NCBI GenBank assembly: GCA_965223705.1
Contig: OZ245015.1
Location: 3,712,001-3,776,000, forward strand
Direction of reading: 5' to 3'
From: Myxococcota bacterium
GTDB lineage: Bacteria; Myxococcota_A; UBA9160; UBA6930
Length of the DNA: 64,000 nucleotides
Made by a program: the position numbers and the translations under genes
Shown here: piece after piece, positions 29,113-38,422 of the stretch
Numbering within the stretch: position 1 is the first letter of the stretch
How the letters are laid out: each line of letters opens with the position of its first letter
The notes under the pieces: generated by a model
What the model was told of the DNA's origin: nothing
Seen by the model: the letters and a program-made list of their open reading frames with translations, nothing else
Database searches by the model: none

Positions 29113-30896
29113 GCAGCGACAACTCGGAACGCTTCAGCCCGGTGCTCCTCGCGATCATGGCGAACCGCATGGACGCCATCTGCCGCGAAATGACGAACAC
29201 GATGCTCCTCGCCGCGCGATCGTCGGTCATCGGGATGGCGCGCGATTTTTCGTGCGCGGTGATCACATCGGATGACGAAGTGTTGGCCGTAGCGGAAGGC
29301 TTTCCCATTCACGTCTGGGGGATGAATCTGCAGACGAAATCCATGCGCGAGCTGCATCCCGATCTCGCGGAAGGCGATGCGTACCTCCACAACGACCCGT
29401 ACCTCGGCAACACGCACCCGGCGGATCACACGTTGATCGTGCCCGTGTTCTACGAGGGCGAGCACTTCTTCAATGCCGCAGTGAAGGCCCACCAAGCCGA
29501 TATCGGAAACAGCCTACCCACGACGTACATGGCGCAAGCCGGGGACGTGTACGAAGAAGGCGCGCTCATTTTCCCCGCCGTCAAAGTCCAGAGCGACTAC
29601 CGGGATATCGACGACATCATCCGGATGTGCGAACGGCGTATCCGCGTGCCCGAACAGTGGCGCGGCGACTACATGGCGGCGGTCGGCGCCGCCCGCATCG
29701 GCGAGCGAAGCCTCAAAAGCTTCGTCGAGAAATACGGTCGCGACACGGTCCGCACCTTCGTCCGCGAGTGGTTCGACTACTCCGAGCGGCGCTGCATCGA
29801 AGCGATCAAACGGCTTCCCAAAGGACAGATGGAAGAGCACCAAGCCCACGACCCCATCGAGCCCTGGGTTCCAGAGGGGATTCCGGTCAACGTCAAGATC
29901 GACATCGACCCCGAGGAAGCCGTGGTCACCGTGGACCTGCGAGACAACATCGATTGTATCGACGCCGGATTGAACCTCACCGAGAGCACGGCGACGATGG
30001 CGGCGGCGCAGGGGGTGTTGACGTGTCTCGGAGAAGATCTGCCGCCGAACTCCGGGACGCTGCGCAGAATTCGCGTGCTGCTCCGCGAGAACTGCATCGT
30101 CGGCATCCCGAAGTTCCCCCACAGCTGTTCCGTCGCCACCACGAATTTGACCGACGTCATCGTCAACGTGACGCAGTCTGCGTTTGCCGACCTCGAAGAA
30201 GGTCTCGGATTCGCGCACGGGAACTACTGCAACTCCGCCGCGGCGGGTGTCGCTTCGGGAACGGACTGGCGCAGGGGCGGCGAAGTCTACATCAATCAGA
30301 TGTTCATGATGGGCGGCGGTGGTCCGGCATCCGCCGAGCACGACGGGATGCATTACTTGTTCATTCCCGTGGCTGCCGGCCTGCTGTACCGCGATAGCGT
30401 TGAAATCAACGAGCAGCGCTTCCCCGTCCTGGTTCAACGCATGAAGATCACCACCGACTCGATGGGGCACGGTCGCCGACGGGGGGGGCCGGCGTCCGAA
30501 GTGGTGATGGGGCCGCGCAAAGACAGCATGAAGATCCTCCACGTCTGCAACGGCTTGGTGAGTTCTCCCAAGGGGGTTCGCGGCGGAACTGCGTCGAAGC
30601 TCGGCGGGAACGTCCGGATCGCGAAGGACGGATCGCGTCACAAGTATCCCGCGGTCATGGTCTGTGATCTCGACGAGGGCGACCTGCTCGAAGCGCGAGA
30701 TCAAGGTGGCGGCGGGTACGGCGTACCCACGGAGCGCGAGCCGGAACGCGTGCTCAACGACGTGGCCGAGCGCTACATCAGCGAAGAAATCGCGCGCTCG
30801 GTGTACGGGGTTGTCATCGCAGGCAAGACCGAGGACGACAGCCTGCGGGTCGACCTCGAGGCGACGGACGCGCTGCGGAGCGAGCTCCGCACTTAA
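29109..30896 (+). CDS. hydantoinase/oxoprolinase subunit B
   Basis: ARDFSC, HNDPYLGNTHPAD, HQADIG, EEG, GHGRRRGG, GGGGYG; ATGA overlap with subunit A. Confidence 0.92.
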   Translation: MSSDNSERFSPVLLAIMANRMDAICREMTNTMLLAARSSVIGMARDFSCAVITSDDEVLAVAEGFPIHVWGMNLQTKSMRELHPDLAEGDAYLHNDPYLGNTHPADHTLIVPVFYEGEHFFNAAVKAHQADIGNSLPTTYMAQAGDVYEEGALIFPAVKVQSDYRDIDDIIRMCERRIRVPEQWRGDYMAAVGAARIGERSLKSFVEKYGRDTVRTFVREWFDYSERRCIEAIKRLPKGQMEEHQAHDPIEPWVPEGIPVNVKIDIDPEEAVVTVDLRDNIDCIDAGLNLTESTATMAAAQGVLTCLGEDLPPNSGTLRRIRVLLRENCIVGIPKFPHSCSVATTNLTDVIVNVTQSAFADLEEGLGFAHGNYCNSAAAGVASGTDWRRGGEVYINQMFMMGGGGPASAEHDGMHYLFIPVAAGLLYRDSVEINEQRFPVLVQRMKITTDSMGHGRRRGGPASEVVMGPRKDSMKILHVCNGLVSSPKGVRGGTASKLGGNVRIAKDGSRHKYPAVMVCDLDEGDLLEARDQGGGGYGVPTEREPERVLNDVAERYISEEIARSVYGVVIAGKTEDDSLRVDLEATDALRSELRT

Positions 30897-32275
30897 CGAG
30901 CGTTCGCTTCCTCCTCCCGGCCTCCAAAGAGCATCGTGACGTTGGTCCGGCGGTTCTCGTATCCCGCACGGAAACGCAGCTCTCCGCTCTCGTGAACGAG
31001 ACTCGAATCGAAGAGTACGCATCGATTGCATCGGTAGGGAATTTCGATCGGGCGGACGCCGGCGCGGGCGACCAGGGAATCGAGCTCGTCTTCCGCACGG
31101 TTGTATCGATCGAAATTCCAGTCCGGTGGCGCGGATACCGGGTACACCCGCAGCCCGCTGCGCTCGGCGTCGCGACACGCGGAGTCGGGCGTGATCCAGA
31201 AGTTCACGTTCACGGCGGCTTGGTCCGCGTGCTTTCGGGTTCCGAAACCTTCCGTCGCGTATTTGAAGGCCCACATCTGCGACAGCGCGTTGCCGCGAAG
31301 AATGTTTGGCAGGCGGAGGCGCAGCTCTCGCTCGAGTTGAAACAGAACAGGATGGTCGAAGCCTTCGTTCCAATACGCGCCCAGATAGCCGCCGGCGACC
31401 TTGCAATCGAACCAGACCGTTGCCTCGAGACAAAAGCGTCGAACGGCTTGCAGCGCGTCGTGAGACAAGAAGTCATCGATCACGACGATGGGCGATGAAT
31501 CGGTCCTGTAGCGGGCTTCGATCTCCGCATCGTCGAAACCCTCGCCGAGCACTTGGGCCGGCGTGGGCTCATCGGCAGGCAAATAGACCAATCGGTTGAA
31601 GCTTCGACCGATACGCGCTTTTTCTTGGGGCGTGAGCGCGCGGGGTTCCGACGGTCGATCGTGTCTGCCGAACTCTGCGAGCACAGCCTCATAGCCATCC
31701 ATCTGTGCCGAGAAGTCGGCAGGGAGAAGCGACCGATCCTGCAAGTAGCGGAACTGCTCGAGGTCGTGCTCGAGTTTCGCCCGGGAGGCGGCCTCGAACG
31801 TCGTATTTTGGCTCGCGTCGAAGGTCCCGAGTTCTGAGGGCGCGAACCACTCGGAAGCGCGCAATCGCCGAAGAGCCGTCCTGAAGGCCGCCACGGCTTC
31901 GACGATCTGACCGTTCTGTTTTAGCGCCGTGCCGAGGTTCGCGTAGGCCGGCGCGAAACGGGGATCGATCGCGATCGCGGCGCGGAAGCACGGGATGGCG
32001 GCATCGGGATCGTTTCGCGCGAGTTCGACGTTGCCCAGCGTGATGTGGAACGTCGCTCGCCCCGGGGCGGAGTCGACGGCGCGACGCAGATAGTCGCGCG
32101 CTTCTTGAAGGTCACCCGCGTCGCTTCGGATCACCCCGAGCAGATAGAGCGCACCCTCATGTTCGGGCTCCGAGGAAGACAACCGCGTCGCGAGCGTTTC
32201 GGCCTCGGTTGAGCGGCCGGCCCGGTAGGCCTCGAGAGCGCGACGCAGTGTTTCCTTACTCGGGCGCGAGACCAT
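30893..32275 (-). CDS. TPR-repeat protein fused to putative 2OG-Fe(II) oxygenase domain
   Basis: N-terminal TPRs (ALYLLG, TLGN, AYANLGTAL); VIDDFL, HAD...LFDSSLVH...RR resembling the HxD..H triad and 2OG Arg. Confidence 0.75.
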   Translation of the reverse strand: MVSRPSKETLRRALEAYRAGRSTEAETLATRLSSSEPEHEGALYLLGVIRSDAGDLQEARDYLRRAVDSAPGRATFHITLGNVELARNDPDAAIPCFRAAIAIDPRFAPAYANLGTALKQNGQIVEAVAAFRTALRRLRASEWFAPSELGTFDASQNTTFEAASRAKLEHDLEQFRYLQDRSLLPADFSAQMDGYEAVLAEFGRHDRPSEPRALTPQEKARIGRSFNRLVYLPADEPTPAQVLGEGFDDAEIEARYRTDSSPIVVIDDFLSHDALQAVRRFCLEATVWFDCKVAGGYLGAYWNEGFDHPVLFQLERELRLRLPNILRGNALSQMWAFKYATEGFGTRKHADQAAVNVNFWITPDSACRDAERSGLRVYPVSAPPDWNFDRYNRAEDELDSLVARAGVRPIEIPYRCNRCVLFDSSLVHESGELRFRAGYENRRTNVTMLFGGREEEANAR

Positions 32276-32289
32276 TCGTCAAGGCTATG

Positions 32290-33339
32290 TCAGTCCGATA
32301 GTTCCGCCAGCGGATGGCGCCCTTCGAACGGCTCCTCGAAGTGCGCGGCGACCACGGCGTCGTCGACATCGGCTAGCTCGGCGGGCTCCCAGTTCGGTTG
32401 GTTGTCGCGGTCGATGAGCCGCGCGCGAACGCCTTCGGGGAAATTGCCTCGTCTCATGCACTGCGCGGCGAGGGTCAAGTCTTGGCGAAGCACCTCCGCG
32501 AGGCTCATCGAGGCGCCTCGGCGCAGCGCTTCGTCCGCGATCCGCACCGAGGTCGGGCAAGCCCGTGCGAACGCGTCCGCTCCCGCGGCGAGCCAAGGAT
32601 CCGCGTGGGCTTCCGGTGCGGAAAGACACTCGGGGAAGTCTCTTTGCGCAATCACCGAAGAGACGCGTTCGAAGGACGCCCCTTTTGACTCGACTTCCGG
32701 GACGACCGAGGCGACCTCGGCGACGGACACACCGGGATCGCACTTCGAGAGCGAACCCTCGACAGTGGACCATGCGGAGCGCGGCACAATCCGATCGGCG
32801 AGACCGAAGGCGCAAGCGGTGGTCGCATCCATCGTTGTTCCGGTCACTGCGAAGAAACGACCCACGCCGCCCGGCAGGGCGGAGAGAAAACGCGCTGCGG
32901 CGCAATCGGGAAACAAGCCGATGCTCACTTCCGGCATCGCGAACCGAGCGTCCGGGTCCGCGATGCGAAGGCCGCCGGCGACGAACAGGCCGAATCCCGC
33001 ACCCATCACCGCGCCGTGTCCGAAGATCGCCACCGGCTTTGGAAACCGGTACACGAGATAGTCCATGCGGTACTCGGCGGCGAACAGGGAGAGGCCGTAC
33101 ACGGGCCCGCCTCTCGCCAGGTGCTCGCAAATCATGCGGACGTCGCCGCCGGCGCAGAAACCCCGATCGCCCTCGCCGCGGATCGCCACCACCGCGATAG
33201 CCGGGTCATCCGCGAACCGGCGGAGGCCGTCTTCCAGCGGACGCAGCAAATCGAGGTGCAACGCGTTGATGCGCTCGGGACGCGAAAGAACGGCGAGGCC
33301 CAACGAGCCTCGCCGTTCGAATCGGACGTGTGCCGACAA
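32290..33339 (-). CDS. enoyl-CoA hydratase/isomerase family, 3-hydroxyisobutyryl-CoA hydrolase-like
   Basis: LSRPERINAL, FCAGGDV, FAMPEVSIGLFPD, FPEGVRARLIDRDNQPNW. Confidence 0.88.
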   Translation of the reverse strand: MSAHVRFERRGSLGLAVLSRPERINALHLDLLRPLEDGLRRFADDPAIAVVAIRGEGDRGFCAGGDVRMICEHLARGGPVYGLSLFAAEYRMDYLVYRFPKPVAIFGHGAVMGAGFGLFVAGGLRIADPDARFAMPEVSIGLFPDCAAARFLSALPGGVGRFFAVTGTTMDATTACAFGLADRIVPRSAWSTVEGSLSKCDPGVSVAEVASVVPEVESKGASFERVSSVIAQRDFPECLSAPEAHADPWLAAGADAFARACPTSVRIADEALRRGASMSLAEVLRQDLTLAAQCMRRGNFPEGVRARLIDRDNQPNWEPAELADVDDAVVAAHFEEPFEGRHPLAELSD

Positions 33340-33343
33340 TGGC

Positions 33344-34627
33344 TTACGCCTTGGCGAGCGCCTGATCGATGTCTTCGATGATGTCGTCGACGTGCTCGAT
33401 GCCGATCGAGAGCCGCACGTAGCCCGGCGTCACACCGGCCTGGAGTAGCTCCTCATCGCTCAGCTGGCTGTGCGTCGTCGTCGCGGGATGAATCGCCAAG
33501 CTCCGCGCGTCGCCGATGTTCGCCACGTGGTACAGCATCTTCAGGTTGTCGATGAACTTGAGGCCCGCTTCTTTGCCGCCCTCGAGCTCCATACCCATCA
33601 ACCCGCCGTAGCCGCCGTTGAGATACGCATCCGCGCGGCGCCGCGCCTCACCCGTTTGCTGACTCGGGTGAATCACCTTTGTCACCTTGGGATGCTTCGC
33701 GAGGTAGTCCGCCACGGTGTTCGCGTTTTCGTTGTGCTGCCGCATCCGGAGCGCCACCGTCTCGATACCTTGCAGGAACAGGAACGCGTTGAACGGCGAC
33801 ATCGCGGCGCCCGCGTCGCGCAGCAGCGTAACGCGTGCCTTGAGAATGTAGGCGATGGGGCCGAGTGGCTTCGCCGCTTCGAGCCAGACCGCGCCGTGAT
33901 ACCCCGGATCGGGACGCGTGAGCAGCGGGAAGCGCTCTTTGTGTGCTTCCCAATCGAACTTGCCGCTGTCGATGATCGCGCCGCCGATCGACGTACCGTG
34001 CCCACCCAGGTACTTCGTGGTCGAATACATGGTGATGGCCGCGCCGTGATCGAAGGGTCGGCAGATGATCGGTGCCGCGGTGTTGTCCATGATCAGCGGG
34101 ATCCCGAACTCTTGGCCGATGGCCGCGACCTCGGAGATGGGAAAGACCTCGAGCTTCGGGTTCGGCAGGGTCTCCGCGTAGTAGGCGCGCGTGTTGTCGT
34201 CGGTCGCTTTGCGAAACGCCTCCGGATCCGAGGGATCGACAAAGCGCACTTCGATCCCCATGTCGCGCGCGGTCACATTGAAGAGGTTCCAGGTGCCGCC
34301 GTAGATGTTCGTCGAGGAGACGAAGTTGTCCCCCGCTCGGGCGATGTTCTGAATCGTGTAGAGAGAAGCCGCCTGGCCCGATGCGACGGCGAGCCCGGCG
34401 ACGCCGCCTTCCATCGCCGCGAGCCGCTGCTCGAGCACGTCCGTCGTCGGATTCATGATCCGGGTGTAGATATTGCCGAGCTCTTTGAGCGCGAACAGGT
34501 TCGAAGCGTGTTCGGCGTCGTTGAACTGATAACTCGTGGTCTGGTAGATCGGGACCGCGACCGATCCAGTGGTGGGATCCGCGCGGTACCCTGCGTGCAG
34601 GGCCAGGGTCTCGGGCTTGTGCGCCAT
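33344..34627 (-). CDS. metY: O-acetylhomoserine sulfhydrylase (aminocarboxypropyltransferase)
   Basis: PIYQTTSY, GNIYTRIMNPT, STTKYLGGHG (PLP Lys), HVANIGDARSLAIHPATTTHSQL. Confidence 0.93.
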   Translation of the reverse strand: MAHKPETLALHAGYRADPTTGSVAVPIYQTTSYQFNDAEHASNLFALKELGNIYTRIMNPTTDVLEQRLAAMEGGVAGLAVASGQAASLYTIQNIARAGDNFVSSTNIYGGTWNLFNVTARDMGIEVRFVDPSDPEAFRKATDDNTRAYYAETLPNPKLEVFPISEVAAIGQEFGIPLIMDNTAAPIICRPFDHGAAITMYSTTKYLGGHGTSIGGAIIDSGKFDWEAHKERFPLLTRPDPGYHGAVWLEAAKPLGPIAYILKARVTLLRDAGAAMSPFNAFLFLQGIETVALRMRQHNENANTVADYLAKHPKVTKVIHPSQQTGEARRRADAYLNGGYGGLMGMELEGGKEAGLKFIDNLKMLYHVANIGDARSLAIHPATTTHSQLSDEELLQAGVTPGYVRLSIGIEHVDDIIEDIDQALAKA

Positions 34628-34659
34628 GCCATCTCCTTCGGTGGGCGTGGGCCGGGAGG

Positions 34660-35397
34660 TTACGCGATCGGGTCCGGCAGCGCCGGGGCCGCGTTCGGGG
34701 CGGGCGAGGCGCCCGAGTAACCTTCCTTTCGACAGCGCAGGTCGAAGTAGAAGATCGTGATCACCGTCGTGAAATACCCCGCGGTGATCGCGTTGAGCAT
34801 CACCTCGATCGCTTCGGCCAAGGGCGGCGCAAGGGCGCTCAAAAACAAGCCGACGGAACCGACGAGCATGAAAACGACGAAGGTGACGGCCAGGAGAGCC
34901 GCGCTCCGCAGCAAGTGGCCGCGCATCAATGCGCGGCTGCGTCCGAGAGCGCGGGCGCCCGCGACGCCTTCGAGAACGACCGCCGGCCCGACGACCAGAA
35001 ACGCGAGACTCAAGTACACCCCGGGAAGAATGAACAGGAGAAACCCCAAGAAAGCGGCGATCGCTCCGAGGACCTGGGTCACGAACAGGGGAACCGCGCG
35101 CGCCGCACCCCGGGCGAAGGCTTCGCGGATCTCGACCGGTTGCCCGAGGTAGGCGCGGGCCATCGCGTGGGTTGTGGCCGTGGCGCCGACGGTCTGGAGG
35201 GCGATTCCCAGCAGCGCGAGGGCGATGGCCGTTTCCAGTGCTCCCCCCGCCGCCGGATCGGCCGAGCCCGATAGCACGAAGAAAGGCACGAACGAGAGAT
35301 CGAGCGCCAACACGAGAGCGAGTTCGCGCCGCGTCAAGGCGAGCGCCTCGGCGAGGATGTCGGCGAAGGGCATCGGCTCGACAACCCGCAACCTCAC
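34660..35397 (-). CDS. integral membrane protein of unknown function
   Basis: several TM segments; LLFILPG, VVLEG...ALGRSRALMRG, YFDLRCRKEG pattern; overlaps smpB stop by 4 nt. Confidence 0.7.
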   Translation of the reverse strand: MRLRVVEPMPFADILAEALALTRRELALVLALDLSFVPFFVLSGSADPAAGGALETAIALALLGIALQTVGATATTHAMARAYLGQPVEIREAFARGAARAVPLFVTQVLGAIAAFLGFLLFILPGVYLSLAFLVVGPAVVLEGVAGARALGRSRALMRGHLLRSAALLAVTFVVFMLVGSVGLFLSALAPPLAEAIEVMLNAITAGYFTTVITIFYFDLRCRKEGYSGASPAPNAAPALPDPIA

Positions 35398-35894
35398 GGT
35401 TCGTCGCGCTCCCGGCGTCGCATCGCCCGCTTGGCTTCGCGGTCGTCTTCTCGCGCGCGAATCGCCTGGCGTTTGTCGTAGCGGCGGCGCCCCCGAGCGA
35501 GGCCCAGCTCGACCTTGGCGCGACCGTCCTTCCAGTAGAGTGCGAGCGGAATCAAGGTGAGTCCCCGTTCGGCGACACGGCCCGCCAGCCTCGCGATCTC
35601 GCTCCGGTGAAGCAGGAGCTTGCGCGGCCGCATCGGCTCGCTGTTTTCACGACCCGCTTGCTCATAGGGACTGATGTGCAGTTTGCGGAGCCAGACTTCC
35701 CCGCGCTCGATATCGGCGTAGGCGTCGGCGAGGTTCGCGCGGCCCTCCCGGAGAGACTTCACTTCCGGCCCGAGCAGCGCGATCCCGGCCTCGAAACGGT
35801 CGAGGATCTCGTATTCGTGCCGCGCCTTGCGGTTCTGGGCAATCAGGCGCTGGGCCTTCGCGTCACCCTTCTGCTTTTTGCCCTTCCCCGCCAT
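35394..35894 (-). CDS. smpB: SsrA-binding protein
   Basis: IAQNRKARHEY, EAGIALLGPEVKSLR, RKLLLHRSEI, YDKR. Confidence 0.97.
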   Translation of the reverse strand: MAGKGKKQKGDAKAQRLIAQNRKARHEYEILDRFEAGIALLGPEVKSLREGRANLADAYADIERGEVWLRKLHISPYEQAGRENSEPMRPRKLLLHRSEIARLAGRVAERGLTLIPLALYWKDGRAKVELGLARGRRRYDKRQAIRAREDDREAKRAMRRRERDEP

Positions 35895-35913
35895 GGCGGG
35901 CGAATCTAGCGCC

Positions 35914-36264
35914 TCAGTCGCGAATTCGGTTCTTTTCGTCGACGAAGATCCGCGTCGCAGTGAAGCCCGGCAACTCCTCCTCGGAAACCTGCACCCAGCT
36001 CGCGATGATCACGAGGTCGTGGGGCTTTACGAGATGGGCCGCCGCGCCGTTGATGCAGATCTCGCCCGAACCGCGCTCGCCGGGGATGGCGTACGTCGAC
36101 AGGCGCGCACCGTTCGTGCAGTCCCAAACGTCGACGGCTTCGTAGGGCAAGATGTTCGCCGCTTCGAGAAGGTCGGTATCGATCGAGATACTGCCTTCGT
36201 ATTCGACGTTCGCTTCGGTCACCGTCGCCCGGTGGATCTTACTCTTCAGCATTCTTCGCAGCAT
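35914..36264 (-). CDS. panD: aspartate 1-decarboxylase
   Basis: [15 protein letters not shown] (Gly-Ser autocleavage), NGAAAH. Confidence 0.97.
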   Translation of the reverse strand: MLRRMLKSKIHRATVTEANVEYEGSISIDTDLLEAANILPYEAVDVWDCTNGARLSTYAIPGERGSGEICINGAAAHLVKPHDLVIIASWVQVSEEELPGFTATRIFVDEKNRIRD

Positions 36265-36272
36265 GAACTCTC

Positions 36273-37142
36273 CTAGCCGACGCCCAGGACGCGGTTGTCA
36301 ATCAGCCGAACCGGCGCTTCGCCGTCCTCCGACGGAAAGAACACGGCAGCCGCCAAGAGGAACGACTCGCCGCCCGTTTCCGCGGATTCCGCAAGCGTCG
36401 TGGGATCGCGAACTTCGAAATAATCGACGCTCGCGAGCGGCGCTTTCTCGATCTCGCGCAGCGCGAGCTCGCGCAAGGCGCCGGGCCTGCGCTCGCCGCT
36501 CGCGAACGCGCGCTCCGCAGCCGAAAGGCACGCCGGAATCACGCGGGCCTGGCGACGCGCTTCCGCGGTGAGACGCCGATTGCGGCTCGACATCGCGAGG
36601 CCATCCGATTCCCGGGCGGTCGGCACGCCGACAATTTCGAGATTGAACCCGAGATCGCGCACCATCTTTCGAATGATCGCCAGCTGCTGGTAGTCCTTCT
36701 CACCGAACACCGCGACCTGCGGTTTCGCGGCGAGAAACAGCTTCGCCACTACCGTCGCGACGCCGCGAAAATGCCCGGGTCGCGAGGCGCCGCACAGAGG
36801 CTCGGAGAGCTCTTCGACGTCCACCCATGTCTTGGCTCCGTCCGGATACATCTCTGTCGGCGTCGGTGCGAAAACGACTTCAACTCCCGCGGCTTCGCAC
36901 GCCGCGCAGTCCGCTTCGAAGGTTCGCGGGTACGCGTCGAGATCTTCGTTCGGCCCGAACTGCGTCGGGTTCACGAAGATCGAAACCCACACCGCGTGTG
37001 CGTGCTGTTTCGCGGCCCGCATCAGCGACACGTGTCCTTCGTGCAAAGCGCCCATGGTCGGAACCAGTGCGATACGTCGCCCGGACGCGCGTTCGTGATC
37101 CGACAGTTCCTGCAAGTCCCGTACGGTTCGAATGATCTTCAT
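36273..37142 (-). CDS. panC: pantoate-beta-alanine ligase
   Basis: [46 protein letters not shown]. Confidence 0.97.
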   Translation of the reverse strand: MKIIRTVRDLQELSDHERASGRRIALVPTMGALHEGHVSLMRAAKQHAHAVWVSIFVNPTQFGPNEDLDAYPRTFEADCAACEAAGVEVVFAPTPTEMYPDGAKTWVDVEELSEPLCGASRPGHFRGVATVVAKLFLAAKPQVAVFGEKDYQQLAIIRKMVRDLGFNLEIVGVPTARESDGLAMSSRNRRLTAEARRQARVIPACLSAAERAFASGERRPGALRELALREIEKAPLASVDYFEVRDPTTLAESAETGGESFLLAAAVFFPSEDGEAPVRLIDNRVLGVG

Positions 37143-37146
37143 CGAA

Positions 37147-37974
37147 TTACTCGTAGGTGTGTTCTTCGGCGGGGAACTTTCGGTTCCGCACGTCGTCGAT
37201 GTAGTTGCGGGCCGCTTTTGAGACCTGAGCGCCCAGATCGGCGTAGGTCTTTACGAAGGTCGGCGTCCAGTCGTTGAGCCCGAGCATGTCGTGCATCACC
37301 AGGACCTGTCCGTCGCAACCGACGCCCGCACCGATCCCGATGGTGGGAATCGACAATTCGGCCGTGACTTCTGCGGCCAGCGGCGCGGGCACGCCCTCCA
37401 AGACCACGGCGAAGGCACCGGCTTCTTCCACCGCCCGCGCGTCTGCCAGCACTTGCTCACGGCCGGCGTCGCCGCGCCCCTGCACGCGATAACCGCCCAT
37501 TTTGTGAACCGACTGCGGCGTCAATCCGACATGTCCCATCACGGGGATTTCGGCCGCCACGATGCGGGCGATCGTGTCGGCGATCGCGGTGCCGCCCTCG
37601 AGCTTCACCGCCTGCGCACCGCCGTCCTTGATGAGTGCCACGGCACTCCGGACGGCGTCGTCGGAAGAGATTTGGTAGGAGCCGAAGGGCATGTCGGCGA
37701 CGACCAGCGCGCGCGTTGCCCCGCGAACCACCAGGCGCGTGTGGTAGATCATTTCTTCGAGGGTGACGGGCAGCGTCGTGTCCCGGCCCTGCACGACGTT
37801 CGCCAGCGAATCTCCGACCAACAGAACGTCGATTCCGCCGTCATCGAACAGACGCGCAAACGTGCAGTCGTACGCCGTGAGCATGGTAATCGGCTCGGCG
37901 CGCCGTTTCGCGCGCGCAAGCGAACGCACCGTGACGCGATGCTCTCTCCGCGAAGCCTTGGTTACTGTCGACAT
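37147..37974 (-). CDS. panB: 3-methyl-2-oxobutanoate hydroxymethyltransferase
   Basis: MLTAYD, LVGDSL, DMPFGSY, VKLEGG, GHVGLTPQS, IGIGAG, DGQVLV. Confidence 0.97.
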   Translation of the reverse strand: MSTVTKASRREHRVTVRSLARAKRRAEPITMLTAYDCTFARLFDDGGIDVLLVGDSLANVVQGRDTTLPVTLEEMIYHTRLVVRGATRALVVADMPFGSYQISSDDAVRSAVALIKDGGAQAVKLEGGTAIADTIARIVAAEIPVMGHVGLTPQSVHKMGGYRVQGRGDAGREQVLADARAVEEAGAFAVVLEGVPAPLAAEVTAELSIPTIGIGAGVGCDGQVLVMHDMLGLNDWTPTFVKTYADLGAQVSKAARNYIDDVRNRKFPAEEHTYE

Positions 37975-38194
37975 GAAACCCCCTCACATGCAGCAATCTG
38001 CCGCGCCCGAGGGACCGTCTCATTCAGGTGCGAAGTTTCAGCGCAAAAACTCGAATCAACTGTTCTGCCCAGCAAGACTGCACGTGCGCGAGTTCCCGTT
38101 GGTGGGACCCGATCGGACCACGCTGGCAGAAGGGGGATAGCGGCCTGGGGGCTAGCGAATGACCCCGAGCCGTCTCTCCGATCTTCGCCGGCTT

Positions 38195-38228
38195 CCCGTC
38201 TCGGTCCAGTGAGGATCCGAGCGTCGGG
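38195..38228 (-). ncRNA. pan RNA motif-like hairpin in the panBCD leader
   Basis: minus strand CG-CUCGG-A-UCC(UCACU)GGA-CCGAG-A-CG: stem with two bulged adenosines on opposite strands, upstream of panB. Confidence 0.6.
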
Positions 38229-38385
38229 CGCGATCGGGACTCGGTTCGGTGCTTCCTATGTTGGGCCGACAGTCGTCCGCAAACTTCGGACTGAACGACC
38301 GGCGCCCGTTGACGTAGGGGACCACACCGTGTGGTTCCCCTCGCTCGAAAGAAACTGCCACGCAGTTCCTGTCGTTAGTGGCGCG

Positions 38386-38415
38386 ACGCTATCTGAGAGA
38401 GACGGAAAAAGTCAA
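38386..38415 (-). promoter_or_regulatory. putative sigma-70 promoter for panBCD
   Basis: minus strand TTGACT-N18-TAGCGT with an upstream T-tract, in a locally AT-rich patch. Confidence 0.5.
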
Positions 38416-38422
38416 AAAAAAT

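Noticed and set aside
30481..30488. G8 homopolymer in hydantoinase B as a phase-variation tract
   Set aside because: In frame, encodes the family-typical RGG motif, and is short for a high-GC genome
15182..30896. Catabolic island as a mobile element, or as a bona fide carbazole (car) operon
   Set aside because: No integrase, transposase, flanking repeats or obvious compositional shift; carBa/Bb, carAc and carAd are absent, so car gene symbols were not assigned
37975..38420. tmRNA, 6S or tRNA in the long intergenic region near smpB/pan
   Set aside because: No tRNA-like GGGG...TCCACCA ends, T-loop or tag reading frame recognised; better explained as the pan leader
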